Part shown: positions 43,001 to 53,828 of the stretch, piece by piece
How positions within the stretch are numbered: the first letter of the stretch is position 1
Layout: the number at the start of each line of letters is the position of its first letter
From: Strigamia acuminata
Taxonomy: Eukaryota
Length of the DNA stretch: 64,000 nt
Assembly (NCBI GenBank): GCA_949358305.1
Contig: OX442314.1
Span: 30,132,001-30,196,000 of the forward strand
Direction of reading: 5' to 3'
The notes under the pieces: generated by a model
The model's input: the letters and a program-made list of their open reading frames with translations, nothing else
The model's database searches: none
Told to the model about the DNA's origin: nothing
Program-made: the position numbers and the translations under genes

Positions 43001-45630
43001 CTGTGATGACTGTTACGGCTTCCATGACTACTGCGTGAGTCATCACTGTCAGTCCAACTTGATTGTCGACTGACTTTTGGTTTAGCTGATGTTAAATCAA
43101 TCAACTCAGGTGATTTGGAAGCACCTTTTTGCAAAACTGGGGCTGGCTTTGCAAAATTATCTTCGCCACAAACGTCTTGTACTTTTTGTACTACTACTGC
43201 AAAGTTCTCTTGTACCGTCAATAGATCTGCGCGAAGAATTTCGTTTTCACGAGCTTGCGCAGCTAAGTCGGCACGTAATAACTGCTCTGCAGTACTTTGA
43301 CTTTTGGCGGCTAGACCAGCATCAATTACGGACTGCTGTCGAGCGAGAAATACTTCGTTTTCTCGTTGTGCTAATCTCTTAGCTCTTGCTGCTTGCTCTG
43401 CAGCATGATTCTCGTAATTTCGAGAAGTGGAGGGAATTACTTCCCTCGCTCGAACTGGGGCGGTTAGTTCGGCAGTCATTAAATTTGTGTTGGCTTCTCG
43501 CAAATTTGCGTTGGCCAATCTCAAATTTTCATTAGCAATTTCTAAATCTTTTTGGGCTTGATTTAGTTGCTCGAGCCTTTGTTGTTGCTCTTCGTCAGTA
43601 ATTAGCCAGGAAGCTTTTTCCTGTTCTAATTGTAACAACTTAACATGGTCATTCGCACGTTGTTGTTTTAGTTCGGCATTTTGCTGATGCATTTCTGCAC
43701 GCATTCGCTCGAACTCTGCTTGCAAGCTTGTTCTGACGATTTCAACGTCCTTTTGGCTTTGTTTGCGAACCATAGCTTTGTGGATTTGTTCCACAGTCAT
43801 TTCGCTAGTGACTTTTACTCCCTCGAGCCTAGCTTGCTCACGGAGTGCGTCCATCATGGTAACACGCACGGGAGAATGAGAAACTTCCATATTGGAGTTC
43901 TCAGAATCTTGCTGTGCTGCACCTTGAACCGGTGATGAATTCAGCGAGTGCTCTGCACTTGATGATTGAATTCGTAAATTCAAATCATCGTTTTGCGACT
44001 TGGAACGGCCACTTCCAGTTGGATTGTTTAAGTCCAACTGGCCGCTTGGCGGGGATGGCTTTTGTCGCTCCAACGCTTGCGTGAATTCATTCACGATTAA
44101 CTGTGCCGAGTTACAGTTAGCTGTTTGATCCATAGTTTCAAACAGTTCTTGTGACTCAGTCACTTCTTGATCCACGGCTGGTAGATCGATCGCCACTCGT
44201 CTCTTCGCTGGTCTGCCTCTCGGTCTCTTTTCGCCTGGAGTCGCCATTTTTCAAATGAAGAAAAAGAAAGGATAGAGAAGAAAGATAAGCAAGATAAAAA
44301 TGGCGGGTAAATTTTAAACTATCAAAATTTATACAATGACTATCCCGGACGGGCCCCCACGTGCTGCGATCCGGGTTTTTATCCACTTAATTTCTAATAA
44401 ATTAAGCAGAAACCGCAGGTGAATGCTTTACAAGACTTATATCGCGGCCGAAACTTGTCTAGGGTTAAGTTTACGGAAATAGGAATAAAAAGACAGTTTA
44501 TTATGGTAATAAAAATCACACAAATGTTTTATTCGATAAATTACAATATATACTAATTATGATTATGAATATCACAGAATAAAATGAGCGGGAAACAATG
44601 AAACAAAGGAAGGGCTTGCAACGACTGTTGCAAGCTACAAAGCGTCAGAAATGGCGCTTAAACAACTTGAAGTTGTTAGGCGAAGGCAAATTGTCTTCGT
44701 TCTACGAACTCACGAACGATGGTCGAAGACGATGGTTCTCGTGGGCTCCTTCTACGGCTCGTGCGACGGCTCGGCGGCGGTGGTTGACGGCTGTAGGCGT
44801 CCGGCTTTCGTACGATGGCGGTGGCTGTCGTTCGCGCGACAGCGACGGCGATGGTTCACGATCGTCGGGAATCTTCTCTTCTCGATTGCTGGAATTAGCG
44901 ACGGCTAATTCAAGCAGGATTGCTGGCTTTGTGCGTTTGATACACAAAGATAGCAGGTGAAACTGAGTTACAACGGTCCTCTATCAATACTTTTCTTTCA
45001 GGAGCAAAAGCAGTGATGTTGAGGTTGTTGTTGTATTTTTCAGAGTCCCGATTTGAGCCAAGACGCGAGCCCAGCACGCTTCAATATTGCGCAGAAAACC
45101 TGCGCACTTAGCTCAAATGGGTGCAACTAGTGGTTATTACACCATATTGCACCATAACGGCTAATAACCGTTTTCACCCCGGACAACCTGGGGTGATATG
45201 TGCCTAGAGAGGATTTCTCCCCTCGGTCACATGATCTGACTTGGCGTGTGCCACAGTCAAATTAATTAGAAGATAATTAATTTAATCTTCTAAGTTGGTG
45301 AATATTTTGAGATCACCACAAAAGGTCTGGCTTCAAGAATTTTGCAAGACGAATGTTTTCCGCTTGTTTTCGTACTTCGTCTTCGATTTTCTTCCAATCT
45401 TCGCGGTGTTGCTGCTCTTTGATCTCACGATCTAAATTGTACTGAGGCGAACTCAGGTGTTCAATATAAGTTTTTAAAAAGTAGTCAGTTATTAGTCGTT
45501 TCACGTGATCTTGTCTCCAGAACGATAAGGCAAGCGCGTTAGTCGAGATGCGCTGTAAGGTCGGGCTGCATTTGGAGTTGTCAATGTCACGTTTGAGACA
45601 CTCGTATGCCGATATAGCAGTAGCGGCCAT
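31056..45630 (-). CDS. Uncharacterised host-family gene (~569 aa) interrupted by G4; join(45630-45321,32976-32794,32272-31056)
   Basis: Removing G4 and one AAAG copy gives LKPDLYDAIFITGSQIYEWLIYLRKYTW, collinear with paralog LKPELYYAISTTGREIQKWLIYLAKYTW; removing 32793-32273 restores YTLGANGS. Confidence 0.8.
32394..32775. mobile_element. MITE with GGTGCRTTCMATCTG TIRs
   Basis: GGTGCATTCAATCTG ... CAGATGGAACGCACC flanked by TA; related TIR at 58426-58989. Confidence 0.7.
32981..33939 (-). repeat. G4 3' LTR
   Basis: Direct repeat of 44362-45320 (offset 11381). Confidence 0.97.
33992..36787 (-). CDS. G4 spliced accessory gene, ~819 aa; join(36787-36739,36672-36545,36274-33992)
   Basis: Donors GTAAGT and GTAAAT, polypyrimidine acceptors TTTCAAG and TACAG; phases 1 and 0 both match; no evident signal peptide or TM segment. 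Confidence 0.75.
36813..36925 (-). promoter_or_regulatory. Putative internal promoter downstream of G4 pol
   Basis: Two TGACGTCA palindromes (36917, 36861) and Inr-like TTAGTC (36818-36813) ~30 nt before the ATG. Confidence 0.5.
36977..41230 (-). CDS. pol: Gypsy Pol polyprotein (PR-RT-RH-IN), in -1 frame to gag
   Basis: LDSGA, MPFGL, YLDD, TDAS, HHCC, DLSGP, SDNGPQF, GPY; Gypsy domain order. Confidence 0.98.
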   Translation of the reverse strand, partial: LVDADPSGLVDAASPPKSESENENLKIMEDVGEVIDELIRQTELKEKGSLDVKKEIVGETPTEEDTSNIQDKVEVKDDRPSSVPETPGIEECIKLFAATTLDTNELLDELPLEPPITVPHKLRKFECKVAGIPNSQDLPTLKLETLKGVITGMLDSGANKSFLATSVINQLGLEKYLRPIGPGVRVTTASEEVTPDGTIHLSFRWTHGTLRHPFIVIPNKYPMVLLGCDFMNKLKIQPNPQTMSWNFTQPMDADLPYIPQALLDRYLEKIEEPDSSFMTFAKAYAASVTQGKIDEENFIQKLVEEANLNLEQSKLLEKMLSKHKRIISKDPGKTHLVKHKIELDTEKPIRVPFKSINPQKREIIRQLCQDMIDKGVVVKAEGDYGMRPVLVMRPGNDPRLCIDFRPINTHTKYNPPQMPTIEEILREIGEFEWVSTIDLTKGYWQIELRPEDREKTAFWNPMGRLMFLVMPFGLVNAPTTFQELMEKVLGDVYRKFAWAYLDDIIVVSKSFEEHIKHLDIVFKKLAEANLHAHPGKTHLCRKELIFLGYKVGVEGLAVDPKKVAAITQFPAPTNLKELQRFLGMVNFFHRLIKNLATVAEPLRPLLKKDAEFDWELHHQAAFDAIKDLLTNAETMKMPDLYMPFIVHTDASKQGLGAALTQKKIVDGQEVEMPCVYASRSLQPAEKNYTVTELECLAVVWGLRKFRPYLEYTTFTVQTDHQALKWLMSLSDPSGRLARWQMELMAYSFEIQYVKGPLNVIADALSRAPVSAPDEPEDDGDNDDLLSYCPSPCRSWQMGKLNELPKSIIVNDDDQALINFCINMHDPSGTPDVELRAMMAKKFELPTTNVLIKAFAAKIAKQLECDPPTRDDIIAAQKADEFCQHIRNYLLNKQYPSYIVTRLQRRNFERHASTYLIEEDMLLHYHPTSTDELGEDGRALKVVVPRKLIYKIIWLMHGHPLSGHPGIARTMYRTRRVYTWKGMKRDITRFIQHCQGCQACKPRSKTEIEGAQIGPFGPFDCLSVDLSGPKPRTRKNNTHICVIVDVATHWPELFPMCNPTAIKVANTIYHLSMTFGFPRQIISDNGPQFRSQVYKEFCKKFDMSRTPTSIYHPQSNPVERTNRDIKYLVSIYLDIHDQWDEYLREFAFSLRTTVTRGRDYSPAFLNFFRELRIPWDPRIPEGILVIDPKNPHLYVQKLETIIAETYQHMMSHVLDLRRRVEAEKSDKKFDNFRQNDLVWRESHILSNAAKGIAAGISPKRNGPYVIIKRLQGGAFQLRRLSDNKIYPAVHGTELMPYFPVFNQEIWLEGEEVGQKTKNIVNTLDDAKLSKIPVENTESSKKSKLKNNEVDEINQRLENVSLDENLEKEMFLEKEKISNNEVYNSSDIGDDADDNLNKLDCTSRKSKYNLRSRVPRAKT
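41190..41236 (-). promoter_or_regulatory. -1 ribosomal frameshift signal
   Basis: A AAA AAC heptamer (41236-41230), 5-nt spacer, stem GACGCAG/CTGCGTC. Confidence 0.8.
41224..44247 (-). CDS. gag: Gag (1007 aa)
   Basis: Capsid-like region (WF...FMFKFG...LKQRKGESLHSY), CCHC knuckle CNLCKKLGHWQKDC, directly upstream of pol. Confidence 0.93.
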   Translation of the reverse strand: MATPGEKRPRGRPAKRRVAIDLPAVDQEVTESQELFETMDQTANCNSAQLIVNEFTQALERQKPSPPSGQLDLNNPTGSGRSKSQNDDLNLRIQSSSAEHSLNSSPVQGAAQQDSENSNMEVSHSPVRVTMMDALREQARLEGVKVTSEMTVEQIHKAMVRKQSQKDVEIVRTSLQAEFERMRAEMHQQNAELKQQRANDHVKLLQLEQEKASWLITDEEQQQRLEQLNQAQKDLEIANENLRLANANLREANTNLMTAELTAPVRAREVIPSTSRNYENHAAEQAARAKRLAQRENEVFLARQQSVIDAGLAAKSQSTAEQLLRADLAAQARENEILRADLLTVQENFAVVVQKVQDVCGEDNFAKPAPVLQKGASKSPELIDLTSAKPKVSRQSSWTDSDDSRSSHGSRNSHHSRKKRKRQPDPTEYHSPKVTQDSDRFFSNSDRLIGMLEKKNKEREKPHDRGRSHDNPREGSPKRDCHNDIRDGPRYRGNPPGGDPPGGDSSDGHGGGHSRDHNSNGNRNGRGPPNGDRRPPDGDDPPDPDPPPNPNHESASDTDSSRPSVRGRSRHRTRSRTQRPDFYTKDEIDQLLRQNAQQQRKSRRDKIILQKISEFTSDKWTHQTTDEKFIRWDRVIPHAYNGNWQAGSNLLLEIFELGKVHSFSCEGALAHLVPRILVGGVKEWFRRKDFTKWDDFVKQFMFKFGESSEDIKTLWRCLKQRKGESLHSYMLRAENLLGRMPHAVTDATADDQFRAGLTEYSKNILMMSDAPDPGKFSELNEFMEVNQLRIDEKYKAYLTEAERSAYLKREKRLAEQNNETFNGLKLLQPPSYEDFLDEVDEKSSKKESSKKDVKNPHSVPKLHANITGAETPSSEAEEAEEEEETGDETMALLAKAAALLAKNNPVAGKWKPRMKPKNVSFDASKVNTERNSKSPAVSPERRSDARSRSASPAATKKKSPATDPCNLCKKLGHWQKDCPSSKKDKPVSTAEFEKAVKIITDMFRKNL
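44342..44359 (-). promoter_or_regulatory. Primer binding site, tRNA-Pro
   Basis: TGGGGGCCCGTCCGGGAT, one mismatch to the canonical TGGGGGCTCGTCCGGGAT. Confidence 0.85.
44362..45320 (-). repeat. G4 5' LTR
   Basis: Adjacent to PBS; repeat of 32981-33939. Confidence 0.97.
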
Positions 45631-46323
45631 GGTGTTGGCTGGGTGTTGGCCGAAATGAAGGAAAACGACGGGGAAATCCCTCGGAAAAACCAATACTAAA
45701 ACTCAACTCAAGTTGGCCATCTATGATCAAATTTAGCAACTAATGCGAGCACGATTAAGTCTGGAGTTACGAGAAATTGAAAATGCCTGTTTCGCTTCGC
45801 TTATAAGTTCCGTTTTGCTTTTTTAAATCTGGGTTTTAAACAAAATAAAATAAATGGAATGATCGATATTTTGATTTTACACGTTTTCACACTTTTCAAA
45901 CCGGTTATTACATGGTTTTATCAGTTTTTGTCTTCTTTTTCTTGATTTTTACCTGGTTTTCTTTGGTTTTTAGCTATTTTTACTTGATTTTAACTGTTTT
46001 TACTTAATTTTTACTCATTTCTACTTGATTTTAACTGTTTTTACTTAATTTTTACTCATTTCTACTTGATTTTACTCATTTTTACCTGATCTTTACCCTT
46101 AACAATTGCATTTAAATTAATTTAATGGAACATGATTTTTTTCATTTGGTGCATATCTTTATTTTTATTTATTTTTTTCTTTGTAAATTACAAAATATTA
46201 GAACAGCTTAGCTTAAATATCCAATGAGTGCGCTTCCCTTCACTCGGAAAAATTAGACTCAATAAAAATATCTTTATAGAATAATTCACATATATCGAGT
46301 ATATCGCATCGCATTTAAACTCG

Positions 46324-49300
46324 TTAAGATTTCCTTAAGTCCACGACGGTAACCTGCGCCTCGCCACTCGTTATGACGTGCGAACAAGTCTGCAAGGAAT
46401 TTCAAATATAAATTATTAAATCGATTTGATTTTTAGTGTTTTTCTTTCGTTGTTTTTACTTCGTATAATTGGGGGTCTTTGGGGTGCGGATGAAAGCCTG
46501 ACAGTTGGCATTTAGCGATGTAATCGAGGCCGTAGTCGGGCGTGAGTGCGAATAAACCGGTTCTAATTTGTCGGAATAAAAGAGAAATTGTATTTGATTT
46601 TGATTTCGATTTTGATTTTAGTTGTGGATGATTTACTCGTTGAATTTGGGTGCGCAAACAATAGCTATGGCTTCGGGCATCATCATTTGGTAGGCGCATT
46701 GTGTGTGAAGATCGACACTGGACATGAAGCTTGTTTGCGTGGGATGTGTCTGGAAAAAGTAATGGAAAACGGAATAAGAATTGCGAAAAATGTTTGGTTG
46801 AATCTAAAATATCAATTTCCTCAAAATAAATCAATATTCATTAATATTTATCAAGAAAAATCAATAATTATTAATATTCATCAAAGAAAATCAATAATTA
46901 TTAATATTTATCAAAGACAAATCATTGATAAATAATGAATATCAATATTTTTCAGAGACAAATCAATAAATATCAATATTTTTCAGAGACAAATCAATAA
47001 ATATCAATATTTTTCAGAGACAAATCAATGAATATCAATATTTTTCAGAGACAAATCAATGAATATCAATATTTTTCAGAGACAAATCAATGAATATCAA
47101 TATCTTTCAGAGACAAATCAATGAATATCAATATTTTTCAGAGACAAATCAATGAATATCAATATTTTTCAGAGACAAATCAATGAATATCAATATTTTT
47201 CAGAGACAAATCAATGAATATCAATATTTTTCAGAGACAAATCAATGAATATCAATATTTTTCAGAGACAAATCAATGAATATCAATATTTTTCAGAGAC
47301 AAATCAATGAATATCAATATCAATATCAATGAATATTAATATTCTTCATGAAAAACCAATTTTTATCAACATTATTCAAAGAAAAATTGATGAATATCAA
47401 CATTTTTTGTGAAAAACCAATAATTATCAATATTTTTCACAGAAAAATCAATAATTATCAACATTTTTCATGAAATAAAACTAATTTTTATCAATATTAC
47501 TAATAAAAAAATAAAATTTCTTACAAAAAATCTCTAATTTTATGAATAAACATAAAAAATTTCTAGTAAAAATCATCCATTTTCAAGGTAAGTCATCGTT
47601 TTTCTAGTAAGTCATCGATTTTCTAGTAAGTCATCGATTTTCTAGCAAAAATCATTAATTTTCTGGCAAAAACCACCAATTTTCTAATAAAAACATAAAT
47701 TAAATTTCAAAAAAACTGTTCCAAACCACTATTTTCACCATATAAACCCATCAAACAGACCTTAAAAACAATTAAGTTGACCTACAATAAAAATTCCCTA
47801 AATAAAAACAAAAAAGCAAAAAAACCATTTCATCCGTACATGAATCCAACCAAGCGTTATCAAATCATGTTCATCCTGATACTCGAATATATCTTCCTCA
47901 TTATCCGTCGTGCAACTATCACTCGTGCCATGCTGATGGGGAATCAACAAGTGTGTGACGCTAAACACGCTGTGCGCCAGCGTTCCGGCCAAAATGCCGC
48001 AAGTCTCGATCGCCCTGTCCGTATTCGACTGCGCCAACTTAAGGAACTTGGGCATCAACAACAACGGCACGATAACGTTGCGCAGTCCGGTCTGCGACTC
48101 CACGTGACTGAGTAAATACGAAGGTTTCGTGGACCGATCGATGTTCGGCTTGGGCGTGATGGATATGTGAGGGATCGGGTCGAGATTCGTGGCCCCCGTG
48201 GCCAGTGGCGGTTCCGGGGAGTCGAGTTTGGTGGAGTTGGACGGCTCCAGGTCGGGCCAGTCGACGCTGAGGAAGTCGTTGTTGTTGTTGTTGACGGCAA
48301 GTGGTTGCGCGATTTGTCCGTTTTCGCCCAGTTTCTTTCGTTGTTCGATTAGGCGCATTTCTTTCTCTTCTTCGTATTTCCGGCGTTCTTTGTCGCGGGC
48401 AATTTGCTCCTCGTGCTGCCTGAGTTGTTCTTTGTGTTCCAATAGTTCTTTTTTCTAGAATGGAGAATTTGGATTAGTAAATCAAACGAGTTTTTGGTGT
48501 TTTCAACTGAAAAATGTCTTTTTTTATTAGTAATTGTAATTTTTGAATAGAAAAATGCCATTTTTGATCGAAAAAATGCTATTTTTGAACGAAAAATGCT
48601 ATTTTGAACGAAAAAATGCTATTTTGAACGAAAAAATGCTATTTGTGAACGAAAAAATATCATTTTGAATGGAAAAATATCATTTTGAATGGAAAAATAT
48701 CATTTTGAATGGAAAAATGTCATTTTTGAACGGAAAAATGTCATTTTGAACGGGTAAATGTCATTTTTGAAAAAAAAATTACATTTTTTCTCACCAAAAT
48801 CATGTTTTTAATGTTTTTTTCTGTAAAAATCACATTTTTAAATGAAAATTGTCAATAATTTTTTCTTAAGAATCACATTTTTGGTAAAAATAGTGACATA
48901 TCTCTATCTCCGTCTTAAAAGCACATTTCATTAAAAATCTAAACATTTTTCACCCAAAAATCCCTTTTGCTACCAAAAAACTAACAATTTCACTTAAAAA
49001 CCGTTATTTTCACAAAATCCACACCACATTTTGCGAAAACACCCATTTTCTTCTCTATAAAAACCATATTTTCATACAAATTAAGTGAAATCGTCTAAAA
49101 TTTTAACCATTTCAACCATCCATCCCACTCATCCCTCTACACAAACCAAAACAATCCATTTTTATTTTCTCCACAAAAAAAAAAATAATACGTCCAAAAA
49201 TCCAATAAAAACTCCCAATCAAACATCAATACTTTGAGCTGCTGCCATTCAATCGATTCCTGTCTATATCTCTCCTCAAGTTTCGCTTTGATTTTCTCAG

Positions 49301-49774
49301 CTTTTGGAAACGACTCTTTAATTTTCTACAAAATAAACATACAAATAAATATATAAATAAATAGATAAACTAAATATCAAAACCAATTCCAATTTTCATA
49401 AAATTTACTTTTCTCATATTTTTCTTGTCATTTGGTGCTGCCGTTTGATAATCCTGATGATTAGGCAATTTTTCTACAAATAATCTGAAAAAGCAACACA
49501 ATTACTATCTCATCTCACTAAATATCATCATAATTTTATTTTTTACTCACGTTATGAATTTGGAATACAAAATAAAAGCATTTTCTAAATTTTTTTCCTC
49601 ATAATAAACATTGGCCATTCGCTGCATCTCATAGCCGGAGCGAAAATACCTCTTCAACGGAATCTTATTGTCTATTTCAACGCCCGCTGCTATTTCGCTC
49701 AGGTTTTGTATCCTTGCGTGAGGATCGCTAAGTAATTCCTCCGGAATGGGATTAATGTTAGAAGAGAGTGGCAT
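46324..49774 (-). CDS. STAMBP: STAM-binding protein / AMSH-like JAMM deubiquitinase (about 7 exons)
   Basis: N-terminal [24 protein letters not shown] domain [45 protein letters not shown]. Confidence 0.95.
46934..47320. repeat. 31-bp minisatellite, ~12 copies, intronic
   Basis: AATGAATATCAATATTTTTCAGAGACAAATC tandem without spacers. Confidence 0.95.
48560..48780. repeat. ~20-bp AT-rich minisatellite, intronic
   Basis: GAAAAAATGCTATTTTGAAC-like units. Confidence 0.85.
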
Positions 49775-50127
49775 TTTTATAGTATTAATCAGGTGGCGTA
49801 AATTGGTAGATACAACACGGTAGAAAACATCAGAAGCCCGAGATAAACAGAATATATTTCCGCTTCCAGTTCACTCGTGAATGACAGCTTATTACAACCA
49901 AACCCCAGATCCACAAATCGACACAACCACACCTTCAAAAGTGTGGTAGAAAAAGTCACGAACTAGATCTTTAGTTAATAAATAAACCAAACATGGCGAT
50001 TATTTATTTATATTTATTTTTCATTTTTGGGAAGCAAACTAAACAAATCTACAAATTCAACGCAGAAAATCAAATAAAAACAAAACGGCTACATTAAAAA
50101 AAAAAGAAAAACAACATTTTTTCTTCT

Positions 50128-52450
50128 TTATAACGCTTTCACTTTAAGCTGTTTCATTTTGGGTGCTTTGCGCTTCAATTCACGCCGGTGTTCTCGTTCC
50201 TGTAATTCCAACAAAAAAAAACAAAAATTAAAATAAGAAACAATTAATAAATTCAAAATACTTTCCTCCCATTTGCGTTGTTTATCGGGATCATCTTCGT
50301 TGAGAATTTTCTCCTTTTCAGCCCTCCGTTTGTCCTCCCGTCGTTGTTGAGCGGCTTCCGCCCGCTGTTGGTGAGTCGTCTTAAGAAAAGCTTCCTCAAC
50401 CCTGAGTCTATTCTTCTCCGTCTTCTGCTTCGCCTCTTTACTCAATCGCAATCTCTTCACTTTCTCCACGCAATGAAAAATGAACTGAAACAAAGGTCGC
50501 AACGCCTCCATTGCTTCTGGTGTGCTCCGCCCGTGCTCGGAAACTACAAAAATTTAAACAAAATTCGCATAAATCGCAAAATCGCGCCGTTTTTCACACA
50601 AAAACCGACCGTTGAATGAAAATACGAGTGTTTTCTTAACATCGGGCAGTTTAGACGCTTGTGTATCTCTAAAAAAATATATTTAAAAAATTCAATTCAA
50701 TTTTTTTTCTCTAATTTAGGCCTATTTACATACTCAGGTACTTTGGGGCCGGAATATTGATCGGAAAAATGAATGTAATCGATATGGGATTCGAATTTGT
50801 TGAACACAGCCGTGACTTTCGGGTCGAGGATTGCACTGGTCACTTCACCCACTTCGCTCATTAAGTAAAAACATGATGGAAGTCCGAATTTGTCCACGAT
50901 TTTCTTCTCGGGACAAAATGTCGTCTGAAATTCAATAAAAAATTAATCAAACATTTTTTTTTAAATAAAAAAAATCGATTTTTCTCACAATATCGTTCAT
51001 CTCCTTGACTAATTTGGCAACTGATTTTTTGTTAACGACCACGAAAACAAATTGGTCCATGTCTTCGGCGTTCATGGTCACTTTGACTTGCTGAAATTTT
51101 AATAATTTTAATTTCTTTTTTAGAAATTTAATTTTTTTAAATTTTTTTTACAATTTGGTCGCATGATGGCCTCATGAGTTGTGCGATCACGTGAATGAGA
51201 TCTTGTCGCTTTAGCAGTTTGAGTTGCACCAACATCCCCTCGCAACACGTGCGGCCGCTGCACCACAGTGTGTACATGTTTTCGGACTCCTTGATCAATC
51301 CGCCGGCGTTTTCGGTCTCCGCTAGTTTCCCGTCGTCGCCTGAAATGAAAAAATGAATAAATATGATTTCTTGAGCTATTTATTAACGGAAAATCGGTCC
51401 AAGTTGGTCTTTGAAGTAATAATACGTGAATTATTGCCTAGGTAATATAAAAAATAAACTAAATGAGGCACAATTTTGGCCATTTCGGAGCATTTTGATC
51501 CGTTCATTTGAAGAAGAATAAACATTAAGCCTAATCTACTAATCACGGCCATTTTTTAAGCATTTTAATGCATACACCGCTACTTGAAAAAACGAAGAAA
51601 TTAAGTATAATTACTAACATGTTTATGCATTTTAATGCGTGTGGTATAAAAAATAACGAAATTACTCATAATTTCGCTTATTTTGAAGCATTTTAAGCAT
51701 AAATTCGTTAATTTTGTCGCATTTCAATAGGTATTCTTGAAAAATAGCGAAATTAATCACAATTTCGATCCTTTAAATGCATTTTTACCACGAAAACACG
51801 TATTTAAAGCCTTCAAAAACACCAACTCGCCCCTAAAACATCAATCCAATCATCCACATGCCTACAAGATGAAAATTCTGTTCCAAAAGCTGTCGATGCG
51901 ACGTGAACCAAGCGTTGGCCAACTTCTGATTCGTCGTCTTCCCCGCGATGAAATTAATAAAATAAACAACCAGCCCGGCGACCATCAACATCTCCAAATG
52001 CAGCGTGTCCCAATTAGTCCTCAGATTAAACGGCACCTAAAAAAAGACGAAATAAACGCAATTTTAGCATGAAAAAACAAAATTTTGCACAAAAAGTCGC
52101 GAAACCTTCGTGATTTTTAGATCTGGGCCTTCGCCTTTGTTTTTGCCCGTGTACGGCTTGCTTTCGTCGCCGTCGAAACGTTCGAATTCCTCGTCGTCTT
52201 GAAAATGATCGAATTCTTCGTCGTCTTCGTCGATTTCAACGACCGCCTCGTCCTCCTCGCTCGTCTCGTGTTGTTTGTTGGGCGCCGGCGTGTGGGTGTC
52301 GTCGTTTTCGTTTTCGTTTTCTTGGGGGTTGATCATTTCGTCATCTTCGAAGTCCTCGAATTCCGCAAATTCGTTGTCCGTGAGGTCGGCTTGGTGTTGG
52401 TTCCACGCGTCTACCGTGACCACGCACAGCAACAACCACAAGAGTTTCAT
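50128..52450 (-). CDS. CCDC47: PAT complex subunit CCDC47 (multi-exon)
   Basis: Signal peptide, acidic DNEFAEFED region, TM segment followed by GK..NQKLA..WF, LWCSGR, C-terminal KAPKMKQLKVKAL. Confidence 0.95.
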
Positions 52451-53828
52451 TTCTGTTTTGTTTTGCTGGTCAAGTGTGCGGCGGTTTGGATGGGGTGTTT
52501 ATAAAAGGTGGGATTGTGAGTTTTGATTATTATGATTTTTTTTCTTTTTGGTTTGTTTTTGTGTACTTGGTTTGATTATTTTGGGTTTTTTGTGTGGTAC
52601 ACGTTGTTTCTGAATGATTGCATCATTTCGGAAGTGTTTGCCGAATGGAATTTGCGCATGGGCAAGATTGTTTCCGCTGTGGTAGTTATTACGTGTTTTC
52701 CAGTTCCGGCATTCGTGATCGTGTTTCTAGTTCATTTATGTATTGGATATTTGGAGTGTTGTATTTACGATTGAACTGGAACTAGATAAATTTATTTAAA
52801 CTAAAATTGGAAATTTGTAAAGGAGGAGAAGGAAAAGCTTTAACTTGTTTGATATTAAATATTTGCACATTAGAAAATGATTATTTTATCATATCCAACT
52901 TAAATATTTAAAGTATGTATATTGTATTATCTTGTTGATATAAAAAAAAGATAAAAGTAGACAATAGAACATTAGTTCTAGCTTGGAACGGTAAAGTTGT
53001 TAAAGGTTGGCACCAGAGCGCGCTGTATCGCAGGAAGCGCCAAATTCAAAAACAATATACGTATAGCGGTTCATTTCACTCGCACATATTCTCACTTGGT
53101 TTTATTTCAGTGAGCGAAGTTCAAACCAACTGAAATTGCTCGTCTAAATCTTACATTCTCTTTTCATAATTTGCATAATTTACTACCACCAGGGCACCAG
53201 GGTACCAATCAGCGTGTGATTCAGTTGAAAACAACTTTTTTATTACAATTAAATGATTCAGTTTTTTTAAAATGGCGACTAAATTGACCTACGAATACCG
53301 TAGTGGTGTTTGCTCAATTCTGCAGTATTGCATTCATAAACTTAAGCTTATATTAGCTACTCCATTTTTATTTTTCGCATTAAAAATTAAAAATTGAAAA
53401 ATTAAAAACGCGTTGAAAAGCGTCCCCTTAAAACTTTCCCGCACGACACCACGCGTATCAACGATGATGTTGACAACAGATAGCGCATTTCTTCCAATAG
53501 GACGTTCCCCAGAGGAGACTAATCCCAAGAAAGAACTGATTTCAATCATTCCAAATTCCCTGGCCAGTCCTTCCTGATTTCCGCTATTTTTCACCGGCCG
53601 TGTGTCCACGTAACAATTTGACGCGAATTGTAATTTCTCCAGCCGATAGAGACGAACCGTTTGCCGCCGCCGACTACCGCGTAGAGCCGTCGACCACGTG
53701 GCGCAGTTTTCATCCATCGAAATTACCAGCGCGCTTTCTTGACGTTCCGCTAACTTCCGTCGTGTGTTTAAGTGTAATATTTGTGTTTTTAAAAGTGAAT
53801 TTGTGCTCCAAGCAAAAATAATAGCAAA

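Larger units (their letters stand above)
32981..45320 (-). mobile_element. Full-length, apparently intact Ty3/Gypsy element G4 (12.3 kb)
   Basis: 959-bp LTRs that look identical (32981-33939, 44362-45320), AAAG TSD, PBS at 44342-44359, PPT at 33940-33950, open gag, pol and third ORF. Confidence 0.97.

Noticed and set aside
46934..47320. 31-bp repeat array as CRISPR
   Set aside because: No unique spacers, no cas genes, lies in a eukaryotic intron.
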